Source: an uncultured bacterium (GTDB lineage: Bacteria > Armatimonadota > UBA5829). Taken from it: a DNA stretch of 64,000 bases. How positions within the stretch are numbered: position 1 is the first letter of the stretch; every line of letters starts with the position of its first letter. Both the position numbers and the translations under genes were made by a program. Positions 9,741 through 20,419 of the stretch are shown here, piece after piece. The notes beneath the pieces were generated by a model. It worked only from the letters and a program-made list of their open reading frames with translations. It did not search any database and was not told where the DNA came from. Location of the stretch: positions 576 through 64,575 of the forward strand of contig CAWGNL010000060.1 of NCBI GenBank assembly GCA_963823885.1, in the 5' to 3' direction.

Positions 9741-12700
9741 TCACTGAACCGGGGCGTATATGAAGTACTTCCCGCCCTGCGCATGAAGGCAACCCTGCAG
9801 GTTCGCGGGTGTCAAGTTGGTATGGTGAATCTGTGTGACGTCCTTGGGCACAGCCGGATCTGACTCGTCGCCGTCCGCAACCTTGCGCTTACCCGATACC
9901 CAGCTGTAGACAAACGTATCGTTTGCGTGGAATACCTTTGCCTTCGAGTCGTACCTGTCAGAATGAATATGTGATTGCCTCCGTATATATTCGTGTACAC
10001 CATTGCGGGGTATCCCTTTTGAAGCGAGCGAATAACGGGTTGCAGTGGATTCTTGGACTTCTTGAACGCCGCTGCGCTGTAGTTCGTGTAATTGGTCGGC
10101 GCACTTGTGCTGTAGCTCTTGTTCAAAGCTTTTAGGGCAGTGTTGATGTAGTCAGCACTTGGTCTTATGCTCGGCGCTGACATCGCATTATTGTTATTCT
10201 GTCTGTATACGTTGTCGAGTCCATTTGCCCGGTAGAAATACCAGATTAGCATCTGCTGGCTTGCGCGGCCACATCCGCCGTTGCTATGGTTGAATTTGCC
10301 CTTGCCCTGCCAGCCGCCCTGCGGATAAAATGGCACGTCCAGCGGCTGAGGCACTTCCGAGCTGACGACCACGGCAGCCTTCTTAGCTCCCGATCCGGTC
10401 GAGGTCGTGCCGGAAGTTGTATTCAAAGCGCGTACTTGGGTGGAAACCGCCATTCCTTCAGCCTGCGTCGAGCTTGTCAGGGCATCGATGGCGTAGTCCG
10501 ACGTATTCCAATAATCGTCAGTTGCGGTCGCCACTATGTGATGGGTACCGCCTCCGGCCAGTGAGGTGTCCCAGTTGAACAGCCACGTCGTGCCGTTGGG
10601 GTCGTGAGACGCCAGAGCAACTGGATTGCCGTCAACCGTAAGTTCCACGCTCTGAATGCCTGTTGTGGTAAACCTCGGGCAACTGCTGTCCGCCTCCACA
10701 TCAATGCTCACCAGGCCAGACACCGTAGACAGGTTTTCTGGCGCGGCTATGTTTATGGTTGGCGCAACGCTCTGCGTCACCAATGTGAGATACTTGCTAT
10801 CAGCCTGGCTCGCGCCATTCGCGCTGGTAATGCGATAGACATATTCCGCGTTGGCCTGCAAATTGGACAAGACAATGCCGTGGTCCTGCACAAGAGTATC
10901 GTCTTCGACCGAGGTCCAGTTAGGATTATCTGTCGGCCATACTTTGCGGTATGAGACTTTAGAGGTTGAGGCGATGTCGGTATTCCACTTCACAGTGGCG
11001 TTCCCGGAGGAATCCATCCGCGATGATATTTCGAATATGCACGGGCCGTCACCTGAGGTGACCGTGTATCCGGTTGTCACGCTTGTATTTCCAGAACCGT
11101 TCCAGGCCTGAACGTAAAACTGATAGGCGCTATCCGCCGCCACGTCAGGTAGCCAAACAGTGTGTGTTAGGGATGGGTTATCTGTCGAGATTACACTGGC
11201 GATTGCTGAGTCATCGGCCCGGTAGCTCACGCAACCGTAGGCAGGAACGTTGGTGCTCCAAAGTACTGCGACTCTGGCTCCGTAAGCCTGTGCTTGCACG
11301 TTTGTGATAGTCAAACCACTCGTCGGGTTACTCACTGTAACCCAACCCACCACGTCATTTCCATCGTACTGATGCTGGCTCGTGACCTCGAAGCGATAAA
11401 TGCCGGGCGATACCGCCGCGCCCGCGCTATCCAGTGCATCCCAGGTGATGGCGTTGCTCCCGGCGCTCAGGGTTATATTGCTAAGCTGGCGAACTGGCGC
11501 AGGTTCCGGCAAAGCTCCATTCAGAAGATCGGCTCCTGTGATAGGAGATGCGACGCTAATGCAGGAGTTTGCCTGGAATGGGTCGGTGATCTCCACATCG
11601 ACAGTGTCCGTTGTCTGACTGTTGACGATTATGGACACGCTCTGACCCTGGGATGTCCCCACATCCATCGACCTCATTTTCGATGCGGATGCGGGGGCAA
11701 GCCGTGCAGTCGAATGCGTCGCCAGCGATTGGTCGGACTGCTCGCCGTCGGAGATGGACAACTGATTGAAGTACAAATCAAGCTGACTTTCAGCCCCGGT
11801 GACGACTGCCGTAACCAAATGCTCGCCCGACGTGGGGTTTATAGTGAACTGAAAAGTGCCGTCACTGTCCACCGTTGCAGTTCCCTGCCCGCCTGCTGCG
11901 TCAGACCAAGAAACAGGGCCTGCCTGGTTGGTACTGCCATAGACCGTACCGGGCGGCGAGTCCATATCGTCGTCGATCTCGATGAATGGGGACGTGTCCG
12001 GTTGGCCATCGGTTACCGTGATGGTGGATGTCACACAATTAGATTCGCACCCGACACCGGCGTTGTCTTTAGCGAACAGAGTAAGAGTATAAGTATCCGC
12101 GTCGACTGGATTGGCTGAGTCATCCGTGCCATCCCATTGCAGCCAGCTATTCGAGCCGTTCGTCTGGTTGGCTTGATTGTTGATGTTGTTAGTGGTAACT
12201 CCATCCGCCAGGGTCTTTACCAGATCGCCGTCCGAGTCATAGATCAGGGCGGTTACGGTTGCGCTGGTGGCAAGCTTTCTCGGCACAGGCTCCGAAAGGG
12301 TAAACGGTATGGGAAGCGCACTGGTGCTGCCAGTCGTGTATGAGAAACTGCTCGCGACGGACAGGGACAGATTTGCGTTCGGCATGGCATAGCCGTCCTG
12401 TGGACTGAAGCACATGCGTCCCTCATCAACAAAGGAGATGGGATATACGGCTGTATTAACTGGTTGGCCGTTACTGTCCAGACCATTCCAGACGAACGTA
12501 TTGTCTCCTGAACTGTCGCCCGCCGACACAGCAAAGGTGCTGCCGGCCACGGATAGCTGTACCCAGTCAGGGCAGAGGGGATCGCCATTCCAATCTCCGT
12601 GATCGCTCATATGAAAGTGTATAGTCGTTTGAGGCTACCCGGAACAGAGGACCGCCAAGAACCGATGAGGCAGTCGGTGGCTCGGCAGGTATGCCTGCTC

Positions 12701-12890
12701 CCAGCGAAGTGGGACGGCAAAAGACGCGACCTGCCTGGGACTGCAACTGAGTGGGCGCTTCGCCGCCCGCAGAAAACCCGGCGAGCGGCTGCGTGCCGAC
12801 AGCAGGGTCACCGTGGCTCACATGGGTTGACGAGACTGTCGTGGCGAGGACAAAGCAAAGTGCGAACGATTTCTTGGTATTGATCTGCAT
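9741..12890 (-). CDS. Very large secreted multidomain protein (Ig/Fn3-like repeats) with a C-terminal papain-like peptidase_C39-like domain (frameshifted at both ends)
   Basis: Signal peptide MQINTKKSFALCFVLATTVS with SD aaagggg. The 932-aa central ORF is 9812..12610. The C-terminal Cys/His pair is NGGCGRASQQM ... GGNHIFILTGY. After a frameshift near 9960 the true tail reads ...YDSKAKVFHANDTFVYSW...YFIYAPVQ and ends at TGA 9741-9743. Confidence 0.55.
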
Positions 12891-12908
12891 TGAAAACACC
12901 CCTTTCAT

Positions 12909-15303
12909 TCAGCAATCCGATCTAATTACTGTGTGCAGTACCAATGTGCCCACTGGCATCGGCGGTTGTGTGACGCTGACAGTGAACTGCGCGGGAGCGC
13001 TCCACGCGCTCCAGGTGGAAGCATTGCCCACCGTGACGATTGCGGAGTATGTCGAACCGCTATTCAGCAACTGGCCGACCTGTGCTGGAGACGACCCTCC
13101 GATCACCTGCCCCGAGTCCCAAACGAGGCTTGGGCTGGATGAGTTGGTGACGTCGGTTACTCGAAGCTCATAGCGGTCATAGGGAACCGAACCATACACC
13201 GTCCAGGTAATCACGGGAGCGATTTGATTCGTCGTTCCGACGGGGCTTACTATCACTGGTACGCCAGCCCACCCTGACTCATACGCGCCAATATCCACAG
13301 TGCCGTCGTTCGTCCTGGGGTTTCCGTCGGCGTCTGTCCAAGCTGTTGAGACTACCGTAACATCACCTGCGCCGACACACGGCGAGCCGGATTGCAGGCG
13401 GTAATTGCCGCCGGCACTGTCCACAACGACTCCTGATGCGCCAGCTGTCTATATCCACTGCTCCCAGTTGCTGATTAACGTTCGTGCCGTCGATGATGGT
13501 TTCATTGGTCTTCCAGTTCCTCTGGTCTAAGAACGTCTCCCCCGAATGCGCCCAGTCAACGTAACCAAGAAAACCGCCGTAGAGGGCCACCCCGTCAGTC
13601 ATATTGATGGGCTGGCCGTAGGTCCCTTTTGCAACCCAGACTTCGTCTGCCGACACAGCGGCCTGAAGAGCGTGCGATATCGTTTGGAAAGGATGCTGCC
13701 AATCCGTTCCGGAATAAGCGATGTCGTTACCCGTTGTGCAATTGACGTAGTACCTGCGGGGACCAGCCACATAAGTTACATCGTTCTCGTCGCGCACTCG
13801 AACCGTGCGAACAAGATTGCCCCCCAGATTTTGACATCCACTGATTCCGGCCACTGTAACATAAGCTCCCTGCATCGGGGGAGCAATCGGGGGCTGCCCT
13901 GGCCATTGGCTTACCATCACTCCCATGAGGCCCGACCCGTCCGTTATCGCGGACCCATCGTCCACGTAGAAGTCGCCTGCCTGGTCGAATCCGTTGCAGA
14001 CGCCCCATGTCTTGATCAGCAGCCCGATATTATTCAGCCCGGCGGCCCCATCGATGCCTGGCGTGTAGGCATTAAATGGTCCCGAGCCAAGGCCGCGGTT
14101 CGGAAGCCCCAACGGCCCCGGCGCGCTGTTGCCGCCCTCCGTCAGGGTGACACCGCTGCTGTCTATCTGCCGCTCACCGTCGACGCCGGAGTCGATCGTG
14201 CCCGAAACGCTGACGACATCTCCCCTATTGAATGTCGTGCTGCCGGAGTAGAGCACCCGGATACCTTGCCGCCTATCGGATGATTGAACGTAGAGCGCTT
14301 CAGGCAGGTCGTTGGATGTCGTGGTTACGACCAGGCCGGTAAGAGAGGCAGGGAGCGCTGCCCCGTCGGCAAAGGTCTTCGCCCACTCGATCGTTTGTTC
14401 GTGCACGATCTGAACCTGCCCCTGCAGCGACTGGGGGTCGAAGCAGCCAGACGGGCCGCAATCAACGCACAAAATTGGCGTTGACCCCGAGTCGGGGTAA
14501 CCAAGCTGGCCGGTAATCATATTGATCCTATCTGTAAGGCTGCTTGATAGGGCGCCTGTATAAAGTGCCCTTATGGTCCCTGTTCCCGGTGAATCGTCCG
14601 AAACGTCGAGATAGTTATAGGAGGACCCATCTATGACCTCCGAACCGACGGAAGTTATTTGCTTGCATTCGAATTCCACCAGTGACCCCGGCAACTGCGT
14701 CCCGCCTGGCGGACTGGGAAAATCATCCTGAATGCGGACGCTTTGGGCGGACCCTGTGAGGGCGGATGCGTCGAGAACGCTTGCCACGGTTTGGTGGAAT
14801 TGCGGCGGTGGCGGGAGGTTGTCGTTAGGCTCATTGGGCGGGTTGGCCGCGGGAGCGGCCTCGGTTGTGTCGGTGACGGTCAGGTCGAGCATGGGCGACC
14901 AAGGTGTCGGGCTGAAGGGGCCTTTTATAACGGCATGGTAAATTAGCTGCCCGGTTTCCGGGTCCCCATATCCTAGCACTCGGGCATTCTGAATCGCGAA
15001 GTCCCCCCAAGCGGTCAGGCTCGTAGTGCCGATAATATCACATGTTTGCCACAATCTCAACAGGGGACTCGGCGTCGTGAACACGATGCACCGGTCATCC
15101 TGGGCAAATGGCTCGGCTATGAGGATATATGGCTGACACAAATCAGCCTTAATCTTCACGATTGTTTCCCCGTCCAAGTAGACGGAGCTACCGAGCGGCC
15201 TTGACTCCCCGTCGAAAATCGTGCCTGGCCGCTCATTCCACAGCACCACCCCGTCATCCGCAACCCCAACGCCGCAAGCGCCGAACAGCGCCCCGAAAAC
15301 CAA
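12909..15303 (-). CDS. Large secreted protein with a right-handed beta-helix-like region (frameshift near 13400)
   Basis: ORFs 13363..15303 and 12909..13424 overlap in different frames. Motifs include YYVNCTTGND...WVAKGTYG and NYRLQSGSPCVGAGD (pectate-lyase-fold style). The N-terminal start is uncertain. Confidence 0.5.
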
Positions 15304-15629
15304 TAGTACCCGCGGGCAAAACGCTCACTCTACTCATCTTCTCGTTACCCCCTTCTCGCGACTTTTACGACCTGTCCTATACGTGATTCGCCGCCAGGCC
15401 GGTAGCATCCTTCTTATTCGGTGAATTTTCAGTGGGGAATTTTTACGCACCGGCCCGGACCCCTTACCCGCGCGCGTTACTCCCGTCGTCCTCGAATGAC
15501 GCCTCGCCTGTACGGGTAAATACTAAGATGAATCACTACCGTGGAACGAAAATGGGCGCATCGGGGCGGAAGTTCCGGACTTTCCACCTTCCACTTTCAG
15601 CTAAACGCTGTTTTCGGGAGGAACACATA

Positions 15630-16052
15630 ATGAAAGACGATTTTATTTCCACTTTTGAGAGCTTGATAGAAGTGATGAACGAACACGAACTGCACGCGTC
15701 CCTGGATTTCTTCGCGGACAATGCCATAGTCATGGTCCCGCCGACCATTCCGGGCGAACGCAATCTGTTCAAAGGCAAGGATGAGATAGCCGAATGGCTC
15801 GAGATGATCTTTAGTGAAAACCTGCACGTGGGCAACCTTCACGAATTTCGCGTTGAAGGAAACTCGATAAGCGTGGACCACAACGTCCACCTGGACCGGT
15901 TTGCGAGCCTGGGCATGGACACCGTGTCGGGGACGTGCCGGGTGAGCTTCGAGAAGGGCGATATTATCTCGTTTGTCGGCAAGCTCGATGACGAGTCGCT
16001 AAAGAGACTCGATGAGGTGCGCCTGGGTGCAACGCGAGCGAGCGGCGCGTAA
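15630..16052 (+). CDS. SnoaL/NTF2-like domain protein
   Basis: ATG at 15630 preceded by gggagg. The product is 140 aa (MKDDFISTFESLIEVMNEHELHASLDFFADNAIV...), typical of the NTF2-like fold. The upstream part of ORF 15432.. is not protein-like. Confidence 0.55.
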   Translation: MKDDFISTFESLIEVMNEHELHASLDFFADNAIVMVPPTIPGERNLFKGKDEIAEWLEMIFSENLHVGNLHEFRVEGNSISVDHNVHLDRFASLGMDTVSGTCRVSFEKGDIISFVGKLDDESLKRLDEVRLGATRASGA

Positions 16053-16185
16053 ATCCGATTTAATCGCGAAAACGCGAAGAGGCGAAAACGCGAAAATGTC
16101 CGAAGTGGAAGCTCCCGGTATTTTCGCGGGAATCATGCGCAAAGGCGTCGCCTTTATCACTGTGGGAGAAAGAACGCTTTGGACC

Positions 16186-16266
16186 GTCTCGGGATTTCCG
16201 GAGCGAGCCAATGATGTTTCTGCCCTAGATTAACACCTGTGATCGCTCCTCAAATCCCGAAACACC
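16186..16266 (+). repeat. REPIN-B copy
   Basis: gtctcgggatttccggagcga ... tcgctcctcaaatcccgaaacacc. Confidence 0.9.
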
Positions 16267-16299
16267 GGGGGCAGGTTTTCCGCGGGGCGGAAGTCCGGA

Positions 16300-16334
16300 T
16301 TCTAACTTCTAACTTCTAACTTCTTACTTCTAAC
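16300..16334. repeat. Heptanucleotide tandem repeat (ttctaac x5, one copy ttcttac)
   Basis: Direct reading. It lies immediately downstream of the STAS gene stop. Confidence 0.9.
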
Positions 16335-16344
16335 CCCCTACCCG

Positions 16345-16689
16345 CTAGCCGGTGTGACCTCTATGGTCATCAGAGAGGAAAAGCCTATTGTTTTGAGGAC
16401 ATAATCCGGGTGAGAGGCTCTCGCTGACGATCACCTTGAGTCGCCTACCGGTATTGGTCATCGCTCGGCTCGCCGAACCCAGATACTGCAGCACAGCCGA
16501 GTCGATGAAAACGGCATGTCCGAAGTCGACCGCTACTTCTCCCCCCGAGGCAACCGCCTCCTCGAGAAACTCTCGCAACTTCGAGGTATTTGTGAGATCC
16601 AGGATACCGCTGCCTGTAATGACCGAGCCGTCTTCGCCGTGGTCATGCTCGATACTGACAAGGTCGTTCATACTGACGGTTTTCTCCAT
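16345..16689 (-). CDS. STAS-domain protein (anti-sigma-factor antagonist-like)
   Basis: 114-aa ORF. ...LDLTNTSKLREFLEEAVASGGEVAVDFGHAVFIDSAVLQYL... is a SpoIIAA/STAS-type pattern. Confidence 0.65.
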   Translation of the reverse strand: MEKTVSMNDLVSIEHDHGEDGSVITGSGILDLTNTSKLREFLEEAVASGGEVAVDFGHAVFIDSAVLQYLGSASRAMTNTGRRLKVIVSESLSPGLCPQNNRLFLSDDHRGHTG

Positions 16690-16751
16690 AAAAGGTAGAG
16701 TCCAAACCCACCGCGTTGATTATTGCCGCGGGTTCGATTCCCAGCGCCGCT

Positions 16752-17750
16752 TTAGTCCACCAGGCTCACGGATCTGCCGGACTTCGCGGACTCGTACGCC
16801 GCAAGCGCGACTTCCAGGGCCTTCACGCCGTCATCCCCCGTGATCTCGGGAGCAGTGTCCTCGGCGATGCATCGGACAAACCCGGCAACCAGGGCGAGAT
16901 CAGTGTTTTCGCCCCAATACTGCTCGGCGGATCGCCCGGTCTTGGTGGTGAAGACCCCGATCTTCTGAGCGAACATCTCCATATCCGCAACACCTTCGGT
17001 CCCGGTGACGTCCATGTCCACATCCCCCCAAAACGGCCCGGTCTTAGGTCGCGACCAGCTTGCGTCGATGGTGGCGAACATTTTGTTGGAGAAGTCCACC
17101 GAGATAATGCCGGTGTCGTCGAAATCGCCCCCGTACATTTGGTTGCTGATTTCCGCGTAGACCCGTGTCGCTTCCGCCCCTGTCAGGTCTCGAAGCAAAT
17201 CGAGCACGTGCACCGTATGATCGATCACGGAGCCTCCACCCGAAAGGTCGGTATCCACGAACCATCCGCCGGGGCACACCCCATGATTGGTCCCCTTCAC
17301 CGCAAGAATCTTACCCAGCTCGCCACGCTGCACACGCTGCTTGAGGCGCTTGTAAGCAGGATGAAATCTGCAGCCGAAAGCGATCATCAGCTTGATCCCA
17401 CTGCGCTTGGCTACCTCCACGATGGCCTCGGCATCTCCCTTGTTCGTGGCAATCGGCTTCTCGCACAGCACGTGCTTCTCGCTCTGCGCAGCCGTCACAG
17501 CGTGCAGGCGGTGCTTAGCGTTCTCGCTGCAGACGATAACCCCATCCATATCGGTCGCCAGCATCTCCGCAAACGTGGGAAACGCCTTCACGCGGAACTT
17601 CCTTGCCATCGTTTTGGCCCGCGCGGGGTCGTCATCCGCAATTCCGACGAACTCCACGCCGTCAAGCTCCTTCAATGCGGCCGCATACCCCAACGCGTGC
17701 ATATGAGCGAAGCTCATGATACCTATCTTAACGATTCGTTCACTTGCCAA
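16752..17750 (-). CDS. Gfo/Idh/MocA family oxidoreductase
   Basis: N-terminal Rossmann segment IVKIGIMSFAHMHALGYA and EKP motif (HVLCEKPIA). The likely start is TTG at 17750, 6 nt after ggagg. The longer ORF reaching 17843 would run into the repeat element. Confidence 0.85.
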   Translation of the reverse strand: MASERIVKIGIMSFAHMHALGYAAALKELDGVEFVGIADDDPARAKTMARKFRVKAFPTFAEMLATDMDGVIVCSENAKHRLHAVTAAQSEKHVLCEKPIATNKGDAEAIVEVAKRSGIKLMIAFGCRFHPAYKRLKQRVQRGELGKILAVKGTNHGVCPGGWFVDTDLSGGGSVIDHTVHVLDLLRDLTGAEATRVYAEISNQMYGGDFDDTGIISVDFSNKMFATIDASWSRPKTGPFWGDVDMDVTGTEGVADMEMFAQKIGVFTTKTGRSAEQYWGENTDLALVAGFVRCIAEDTAPEITGDDGVKALEVALAAYESAKSGRSVSLVD

Positions 17751-17822
17751 TCGGCACCTCCACAGAAAAGAGCGGAAAGCTGAAAATGGAAAGCCCAAAG
17801 CCCGGAACCTCCGCCCAGCACC

Positions 17823-18294
17823 AGCCGCAACCAAGAAGGCCATCGCCGGAAAATCAATACGGCCTTTCCATAATTCGGAAGGTCGGTGGTTTCTTCTTAC
17901 GTATCTTACAACTGAAATCCGAGGTCACATATCAAAGTTCAGTACAGCTTGTATAGGATTTCAGTTGTAAGGTACTATCGCTTTTCCCCGGACTTCGCTG
18001 GGGAAAAGTGGCCACCTTACGGTGGCAGTTGACCAAGGCAGGCGGTCGGGTTTTTCGCTTTTCGGTTGTTAAGGGATGATTTGGAGGGGGCGGGATTCCA
18101 CCCCCGTCCCTTGAACAACACCTGAGTCGGCTCGGGAGGACTCCCCAGCGTTGCCCTACCCTCCGCCCAGGCAAAGCAAGTATAGCTCATCGGCCATCCC
18201 TTAACAACCATAAAGCGGAAAACCCAAAGGCGGTGCGCCGTCGAATCCGCCTTAGCGACAACAAATTGTTTCTAGGAGGGCGATAAGCGCCTAA
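17823..18294 (+). repeat. LR element copy 1 (about 470-bp structured non-coding repeat; left 15 nt missing)
   Basis: The L module has a 16-bp-arm hairpin CTTACAACTGAAATCC-N35-GGATTTCAGTTGTAAG. The R module has several hairpins and an approximately 29-bp long-range helix. By eye it is near-identical to the copies at 29463, 46587 and 47989. Confidence 0.9.
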
Positions 18295-18299
18295 CGCGG

Positions 18300-19278
18300 C
18301 TAAACCAACACCACGGGCTGGCCCGCACTGATGGACCTGAGCGCGGCTTCCGCTGATACGCACCGCCTCCAGAGCGTCTCTCGCCGTGATCTCGGCTTGC
18401 TTACCCTGTTCCAAACAGTCGATGAAATGTTCCAATTCCAGGTAATACGGGTCCTGGCCGCTGGGGGTCTCCGATATCACGAGGCCAGCGCGATCGGCAT
18501 CCATAGACTTCATCTCGATATTAAGCGGCGCACTCTCTTTGCTGGAATAGCTCAGCACCCCGTTGGTTCCGGCTATCTCCACGCACGTCTCGAAACCGCT
18601 GGGCCTTGCCCAGCTTCCCTCCACGTGAGCTATTGCCCCGCTTTGAAACCTGAGCGTGACCAGCGCGTAATCCGCTGACGGAACCCCCGATTCGACCGCC
18701 CGCGCAAAGACTCTGGTCACTCTTCCCAGGCTCCATCGCAGCCAGTCGAAGTCGTGGACCAACAAGTCCAGCACGACGCCGCCGCTGCGCTTGAAGTCCG
18801 CAAACCACCCCGCCGGCTGGCCCGAGCGGCGGCTGGTGCGCGCGACCATGGTTCTCCCACCGCTCCGCTGGCCACAAGGTCATGAAGCCTTCTGAACTCG
18901 GGACACCACCTCAAGACGTGCGCCACAAAAAGCTGTACCCCGGCCTCCTCGCACACACGCACGGCCTCCTGAGCTTGGCCAACCGTGCGAGCCATGGGCT
19001 TTTCCACGCACACGTGCTTGCCCGCGGCAGCGGCGGCATTTACGGAGTCGATATGGTTCGGGGTGGGCGTGCAGATATCGAGCATATCGACCTCGGAGTA
19101 TTTCAAGAGACTCCGCCAGGCTCGAAAACGGCTGAGCCCCGTACCGGGCGGCAAGCTCCTCAGTAGTCTCCATTATCGAATCACACACCGCAACAAGCTC
19201 GGCTTTCGGCATCCGAGCATAGGCCTCGCAATGGACTTTCCCAATCCCGCCAAGGCCAACGACAGCAACTTTCTGCAT
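18300..19278 (-). CDS. Gfo/Idh/MocA family oxidoreductase, second paralog (3 or more frameshifts)
   Basis: MQKVAVVGLGGIGKVH, HVCVEKPMA, and the C-domain ...DYALVTLRFQSGAIAHVEGSW. The pieces are 18880..19284, 18717..19154 and 18187..18849. The true tail ...AEAALRSISAGQPVVLV ends at TAG 18300-18302 after a shift near 18355. Confidence 0.75.
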
Positions 19279-19303
19279 CAGCACCCCCAGGTTAGAAATT
19301 AGA

Positions 19304-20412
19304 AATTAGAATCCGGACCCCTAACCCGCACAGGCCCCTGTTCGGGCGGATTTGCAATCCGGCCCGTAATGAGCAACCCGGGCATCTCTGATGCCCTACG
19401 GTTCGGCCCGGCAAATACGCACCGCTTCCCGCCACATACCCACAAGTCATGTCATTCCGAACGAACGTGAGGAATCTCCACCTATCGGTTGAATCTCACC
19501 TGCCGGAGCATACATTCCTGCGCAACGTTGAGATTCCTCACATTCGTTCCTAAGAAACTCCCCAGTTTCGGGAACAAGATTCCCGAAACACCGGGGGTGA
19601 AGAAACTCCCCAATTAGAATCCGGACCCCTAACCCGCACAGGCCCCTGTTCCGGCGGATTTGCAATCCGGCCCGTAATGAGCAACCCGGGCATCTCTGAT
19701 GCCCTACGGTTCGGCCCGGCAAATACGTACCGCTTCCCGCCACATACCCCACAAGTCATGTCATTCCGAACGAACGTGAGGAATCTCCACCTATCGGTTG
19801 AATCTCACCTGCCGGAGCATACATTCCTGCGCAACGTTGAGATTCCTCACATTCGTTCCTAAGAAACTCCCCAGTTTCGGGAACAAGATTCCCGAAACAC
19901 CGGGGGTGAAGAAACTCCCCAATTAGAATCCGGACCCCTAACCCGCACAGGCCCCTGTTCGGGCGGATTTGCAATCCGGCCCGTAATGAGCAGCCCGGGC
20001 ATCTCTGATGCCCTACGGTTCGGCCCGGCAAATACGCACCGCTTCCCGCCACATACCCCACAAGTCATGTCATTCCGAACGAACGTGAGGAATCTCCACC
20101 TATCGGTTGAATCTCGCCTGCCGGAGCATACATTCCTGCGCAACGTTGAGATTCCTCACATTCGTTCCTAAGAAACTCCCCAGTTTCGGGAACAAGATTC
20201 CCGAAACACCGGGGGTGAGTTTCTTTCCAATGTGACTGCGACAGTGTCGCTGTCAATTGCTCGGAATGACAGCCACGCGTTGGGCACTCATGATGCCTGA
20301 GCACTTGCCCAGCATAACGTTGAGATTCCTCACATTCGTTCCTAAGAAACTCCCCAGTTTCGGGAACAAGATTCCCGAAACACCGGGGGTGAGTTTCTTT
20401 CCAATGTCAACC
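19304..20412. repeat. Composite tandem repeat: three units of about 309 bp (19304, 19612, 19921) plus related degenerate copies up to about 20412
   Basis: Each unit holds small hairpins (cggatttgcaatccg, gggcatctctgatgccc), a long hairpin gaacgaacgtgaggaatctc-N52-gagattcctcacattcgttc, and a REP-A hairpin. The identical 101-aa pseudo-ORFs at 19447 and 19756 confirm the 309-bp period. Confidence 0.95.
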
Positions 20413-20419
20413 GTGAACC

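Noticed and set aside
18017-18211. Small ORF conserved in LR elements (MVVKGWPMSYTCFAWAEGRATLGS.PEPTQVLFKG...)
   Set aside because: Indels between copies are not multiples of three (2 nt, about 35 nt, 1 nt). The C-terminal halves therefore differ between copies, and the start is lost in copy 6. The shared part is explained by nucleotide identity.
18225-18260. tmRNA or tRNA-like motif GGCGGATTCGACGGCG on the minus strand of the LR element
   Set aside because: It resembles the GGAUUCGACGG segment of tmRNA. However, there is no acceptor stem, no CCA end, no tag reading frame and no T-arm partner, so I judge it a chance similarity.
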